From the NCBI RefSeq assembly GCF_002601815.1, contig NZ_NIQD01000006.1: a DNA stretch of 24,000 nucleotides; one strand, 5' to 3'. The translations under genes were made by a program, and so were the position numbers. The notes beneath the pieces are model-generated. The model was not told the origin of the DNA and searched no databases. It saw only the letters and a program-made list of their open reading frames with translations. This document shows positions 18,160 to 24,000 of this stretch, piece by piece. Position 1 is the first letter of the stretch, and each line of letters starts with the position of its first letter. This DNA comes from Pseudomonas paraeruginosa (lineage in GTDB: Bacteria; Pseudomonadota; Gammaproteobacteria; Pseudomonadales; Pseudomonadaceae).

Positions 18160-20876
18160 GACTTGGCCTTACGTTTGCGTGCCCCGGTCGCTGCCGGAGC
18201 GCTATCGGCCTTCGGCTTGGAAGGCCCCTTGCGATGCTTGGTCGGTTTCCCCGGCTTGGCGGCAGCAGGCTTGCCGCCCCTGGCCTTGCCCTTGGCGTTC
18301 TTGCCGGCCGGGGCGGCCTTGCCCTTCTTCCCACCCTTGTCCTTGCCGCCGCTGTCGCCGACACGCGCCTCGGCGAGCAGAGCCTTCTTCACTTCGCGAC
18401 TCTTGCGTACGTCGGTGTTGCCGAGCATCTCCGCGGCCTGGGCCAGCAGTTCCGGCGCCACCGGCGGCAGCGCCTGCACCTTGCCGGCCTTGCGTCGCGG
18501 CACCACCGCGGCGTCGGGACTGGCCAGCGCAGGCTCCAGGTCGACTTCGGGCACGGAGGCACCCTTGCGCCCCTTCGGCGCCTTGCCGGCATTCGCCGAC
18601 TTGTCGCCATTGCGCTTCTTGCGTCCGATCGGCGCGCTCAGCACGTTCCCGGCCAGCTCGAAATCGATCTTCCGTTCGTCCAGGTCGACCCGCGCCACTA
18701 CCACTTCCGTGGTGTCGCCGAGACGGAAGCTGCGCCCGGTGCGTTCACCACTGAGGCGATGGTGCACAGCGTCGAAATGATAGTAGTCGCCGGGCAACGC
18801 GGTCACATGCACCAGGCCTTCGACGAAGATATCGGTCAGCTCGACGAACAGGCCGAAACCGGTGACGGCGGTGATTACGCCAGGGAAGGTCTCGCCGACC
18901 CGCTCGCGCATGTATTCGCATTTCAGCCAGTTGGTCACGTCGCGGGTCGCCTCGTCGGCACGCCGCTCGGTCATCGAGCACTGCTCGCCCAACTGGTCCA
19001 GGCGCAATTCGTCGTACGGATAGATGCGCGCCTTGGGCATGCTTGCCGCACCGGCCCGCTGCACGTGCGGAGTCTCCACCTTGGAGCGGATCACGCTGCG
19101 GATCGCGCGGTGCACCAGCAGGTCGGGGTAGCGCCGGATCGGCGAGGTGAAGTGGGTGTAGGCGTCATAGTTGAGGCCGAAGTGGCCATTGTTGTCCGGG
19201 CTGTACACCGCCTGGCTGAGCGAACGCAGCATGACCGTCTGGATCAGGCGGAAGTCGGCGCGGTCGCGGATCTTCTCCAGCAATTCCTGGTAGTCGCCCG
19301 GGGTCGGCGCGGCCTTGCCGCGACCCAGGCTGAGCCCCAGCTCACCGAGGAACTGGCGCAGGTTGTTGAGTTTCTCCTGGGGCGGGCCGTCGTGCACCCG
19401 GTACAGCGACGGAATGCCGTGCTTCTGCAGGAAGCGCGCGGTCGCCACGTTGGCGCAGAGCATGCATTCCTCGATCAGACGGTGCGCATCGTTGCGCTGG
19501 GTCGGGCGGATTTCCGAGATCTTCCGGTCGGCGCCGAAGACGATGCGGGTCTCCTGGGTCTCGAAATCGATCGCGCCGCGCACGTGACGACCGGCCAGCA
19601 GGGCCTTGTACAGCGCGTAGAGTTGTTGCAGATGCGGCACCACCCCGGGCAACTGCTGGCGCAGGTTCTCGGCCTCGACGCTGTCGGGACGCTCGAGCAA
19701 CTGGCTGACCTTGGTGTAGGTCAGGCGCGCATGGGAGTGGATCACCGCTTCGTAGAACTGGTAGCCGGTGAGCTTGCCGGCCTTGGACAGGGTCATCTCG
19801 CAGACCATGGCCAGGCGGTCGACCAGCGGATTCAGCGAGCAGAGGCCGTTGGACAGCACTTCCGGCAGCATCGGAATCACCCGCTCGGGGAAGTACACCG
19901 AGTTGCCGCGCTTGGCCGCTTCCTCGTCCAGCGCCGAGCCGACCTTCACATAATGCGAGACGTCGGCGATCGCCACGAACAGGCGCCAGCCGCCGCCACG
20001 CCTGGACTCGGCGTACACGGCGTCGTCGAAGTCGCGGGCGTCCTCGCCATCGATGGTGACGAACGGCACCTGACGCAGGTCGATGCGCTTCTGCTTGTCC
20101 TTCTCCGCCACTTCCGGCTTGAGCCTGGCCGCTTCCTTCTCCACCGCGGCCGGCCACACGTGCGGAATGTCGTAGCTGCGCAGGGCGACCTCGATTTCCA
20201 TGCCCGGCGCCATGTAGTCGCCGAGCACCTCGACGATCTCGCCCTGGGCCTGGCGATGGATGCTCGGCCATTGCTCGATGCGCACCTGAACGAACTGGTT
20301 GTGCCTGGCCTTGCCAGTCTTACCCGGCGGGATCAGGACTTCCTGCTGGATCTTCGGATTGTCCGCGACCACCACGCCGATGCCGCTTTCCTCGAAGTAG
20401 CGGCCGACCACGATCTCGTGGGCACGCTCGATCACCTCGACCAACTGGCCTTCGCGGCGGCCGCGGCGATCGTGGCCGGACACCCGGGCCAGGGCACGGT
20501 CGCCGTCGAACACCAGACGCATCTGGGTCGGGCTGAGGAACAGGTCGTCGCTGCCATCGTCGGGGATGAGGAAGCCGAAGCCGTCACGGTGCCCGCTGAT
20601 GCGGCCGCGGATCAGGTCCAGCTTGTCCACCGGCGCATAGGCACCGCGACGTGTATAGATAAGCTGCCCGTCGCGTTCCATGGCACGCAGGCGTCGACGC
20701 AGGGCTTCTTCCGGCTCCTCGCCGGCGAGCCCGAACTCGTCGAGTAGCTGGGAACGGGTCGCCGGGGCGCCTCGCTCGGCCAGATGAGCCAGGATCAGTT
20801 CCCGGCTGGGAATGGGGTTTTCGTACTTTTCCGCTTCGCGAGCGGCCTCGGGATCGAGGTTTTGCCAATCGGCCAT
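18156..20876 (-). CDS. rnr: Ribonuclease R
   Basis: The product is 906 aa. It contains CSD/OB domains and an RNB catalytic domain ('FVTIDGEDARDFDDAV', 'HFGLNYDAYTHFTSPIRRYPDL'). The S1 domain reads 'GVITAVTGFGLFVEL'. A Lys-rich C-terminal tail follows. Confidence 0.97.
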   Translation of the reverse strand: MADWQNLDPEAAREAEKYENPIPSRELILAHLAERGAPATRSQLLDEFGLAGEEPEEALRRRLRAMERDGQLIYTRRGAYAPVDKLDLIRGRISGHRDGFGFLIPDDGSDDLFLSPTQMRLVFDGDRALARVSGHDRRGRREGQLVEVIERAHEIVVGRYFEESGIGVVVADNPKIQQEVLIPPGKTGKARHNQFVQVRIEQWPSIHRQAQGEIVEVLGDYMAPGMEIEVALRSYDIPHVWPAAVEKEAARLKPEVAEKDKQKRIDLRQVPFVTIDGEDARDFDDAVYAESRRGGGWRLFVAIADVSHYVKVGSALDEEAAKRGNSVYFPERVIPMLPEVLSNGLCSLNPLVDRLAMVCEMTLSKAGKLTGYQFYEAVIHSHARLTYTKVSQLLERPDSVEAENLRQQLPGVVPHLQQLYALYKALLAGRHVRGAIDFETQETRIVFGADRKISEIRPTQRNDAHRLIEECMLCANVATARFLQKHGIPSLYRVHDGPPQEKLNNLRQFLGELGLSLGRGKAAPTPGDYQELLEKIRDRADFRLIQTVMLRSLSQAVYSPDNNGHFGLNYDAYTHFTSPIRRYPDLLVHRAIRSVIRSKVETPHVQRAGAASMPKARIYPYDELRLDQLGEQCSMTERRADEATRDVTNWLKCEYMRERVGETFPGVITAVTGFGLFVELTDIFVEGLVHVTALPGDYYHFDAVHHRLSGERTGRSFRLGDTTEVVVARVDLDERKIDFELAGNVLSAPIGRKKRNGDKSANAGKAPKGRKGASVPEVDLEPALASPDAAVVPRRKAGKVQALPPVAPELLAQAAEMLGNTDVRKSREVKKALLAEARVGDSGGKDKGGKKGKAAPAGKNAKGKARGGKPAAAKPGKPTKHRKGPSKPKADSAPAATGARKRKAKS

Positions 20877-20988
20877 TAGAGGTAGGTCACCTTTTCTTCT
20901 TTAGCGTTCGCTGCCATTGCTCTATTGAAGCGCGAAAACGCTTCGTCGGTCAGCTTCGGCAGCAGAATAATTTTTATCGCATCAGGGG

Positions 20989-21017
20989 TTTACAAGCACA
21001 ATGCGTACTCGTATAGT
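20989..21017 (+). promoter_or_regulatory. Near-consensus sigma-70 promoter for the tRNA-Leu tandem
   Basis: The elements are TTTACA (20989-20994), a 17-nt spacer and TATAGT (21012-21017). An A/T-rich UP-like tract, AATAATTTTTAT, lies upstream. A GC-rich discriminator, TCGCGCCC, lies downstream. Confidence 0.7.
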
Positions 21018-21080
21018 TCGCGCCCACAACGTTGCTGAGACGTTGTAACACGGAAACGATGAGCGATCATCGACTCCAGT

Positions 21081-21167
21081 GCCCAGGTGGCGGAATTGGT
21101 AGACGCACTAGGTTCAGGTCCTAGCGGTGGCAACACCGTGGAAGTTCGAGTCTTCTCCTGGGCACCA
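21081..21167 (+). tRNA. tRNA-Leu (anticodon CAG), class II with long variable arm, encoded CCA
   Basis: A manual cloverleaf gives the acceptor stem GCCCAGG/CCTGGGC. The anticodon stem-loop is CTAGG-TTCAGGT-CCTAG. The variable arm is CGGTGGCAACACCGT. The T arm is GGAAG-TTCGAGT-CTTCT, and the 3' end is ACCA. Confidence 0.95.
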
Positions 21168-21296
21168 TATTTCAGACAAAGCCAGACATTAGACTGCCTT
21201 TGTTTCAGCAGTTCAGCCACTACCAGGCATTGAAACTGCAGCAAGGTTTGCAACATCCAAGTCGATGAGCGATCATCGCACAATGCTGAAAAGCAT

Positions 21297-21383
21297 GCCC
21301 AGGTGGCGGAATTGGTAGACGCACTAGGTTCAGGTCCTAGCGGTGGCAACACCGTGGAAGTTCGAGTCTTCTCCTGGGCACCA
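21297..21383 (+). tRNA. tRNA-Leu (anticodon CAG), second identical copy
   Basis: This 87-nt sequence is identical to 21081-21167 and lies 216 bp downstream of it. Confidence 0.95.
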
Positions 21384-21397
21384 TCTTCAAGACAAAC

Positions 21398-21423
21398 AGC
21401 CGAGCATCGCTCGGCTTTTTGTT
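21398..21423 (+). terminator. Rho-independent terminator after the second tRNA-Leu
   Basis: AGCCGAGC-atc-GCTCGGCT is followed by TTTTGTTG. Confidence 0.85.
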
Positions 21424-21480
21424 GTCCGCGATTTCCCCCTTCGAAGCACACCCCTCCTCCACTCGCCGCTGCGCCGCCCC

Positions 21481-21513
21481 GGAAATGAAAACGGGCTGCA
21501 TGCGCAGCCCGTT
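21481..21513 (-). terminator. Rho-independent terminator after purA
   Basis: The minus strand reads AACGGGCTGC-gcat-GCAGCCCGTT followed by TTCATTTCC. It lies about 25 nt after the purA stop. Confidence 0.75.
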
Positions 21514-21536
21514 CCGTCATCGTCCCGCTATCCGCC

Positions 21537-24000
<2,464 letters not shown>

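Larger units (their letters stand above)
21057..21400 (+). repeat. Tandem duplication (216-bp period) of the tRNA-Leu unit including leader hairpin and 3' trailer
   Basis: Three segments are shared between the copies. The first is the 16-nt CGATGAGCGATCATCG (21057-21072 and 21263-21278). The second is the 87-nt tRNA. The third is the trailer '...AGACAAA'. Confidence 0.9.

Overview
The window is high-GC (roughly two-thirds G+C by eye) and reads as core chromosome from a Pseudomonas of the aeruginosa group. The azurin gene differs at only three residues from the P. aeruginosa protein as I remember it. The gene order matches my recollection of the PA4921-PA4939 neighbourhood. In order, the window holds: choE-like GDSL esterase (+), azu (-), LOG-family hydrolase (+), LysM/degenerate-LytM lipoprotein (-), MscS-type channel (-), transglutaminase-like protein (-), a fused circularly permuted ATP-grasp/alpha-E protein (-), YgiQ radical-SAM protein (-), 7TMR-DISM/GGDEF cyclase (+), alr (-), dnaB (-), rplI (-), an unknown polytopic membrane protein (-), rpsR (-), rpsF (-), rlmB (-), rnr (-), two tandem tRNA-Leu(CAG) genes (+), purA (-) and the 3' part of hisZ (-). 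I saw no transposase, integrase, CRISPR array, phage gene or recognisable defence gene. This is mostly housekeeping DNA. The many long Arg/Ala/Gly/Pro-rich ORFs in the track are shadow frames of real genes. The least understood content is the translationally coupled ATP-grasp/alpha-E plus transglutaminase pair. It is a predicted peptide-ligase or tagging module with no adjacent peptidase. Next is the membrane protein wedged inside the rpsF-rpsR-rplI operon. Smaller observations cover regulatory hairpins, promoters, stop-to-stop convergent genes and degenerate active sites. No database search or fold computation was possible, so family assignments rest on motifs read directly from the translations.
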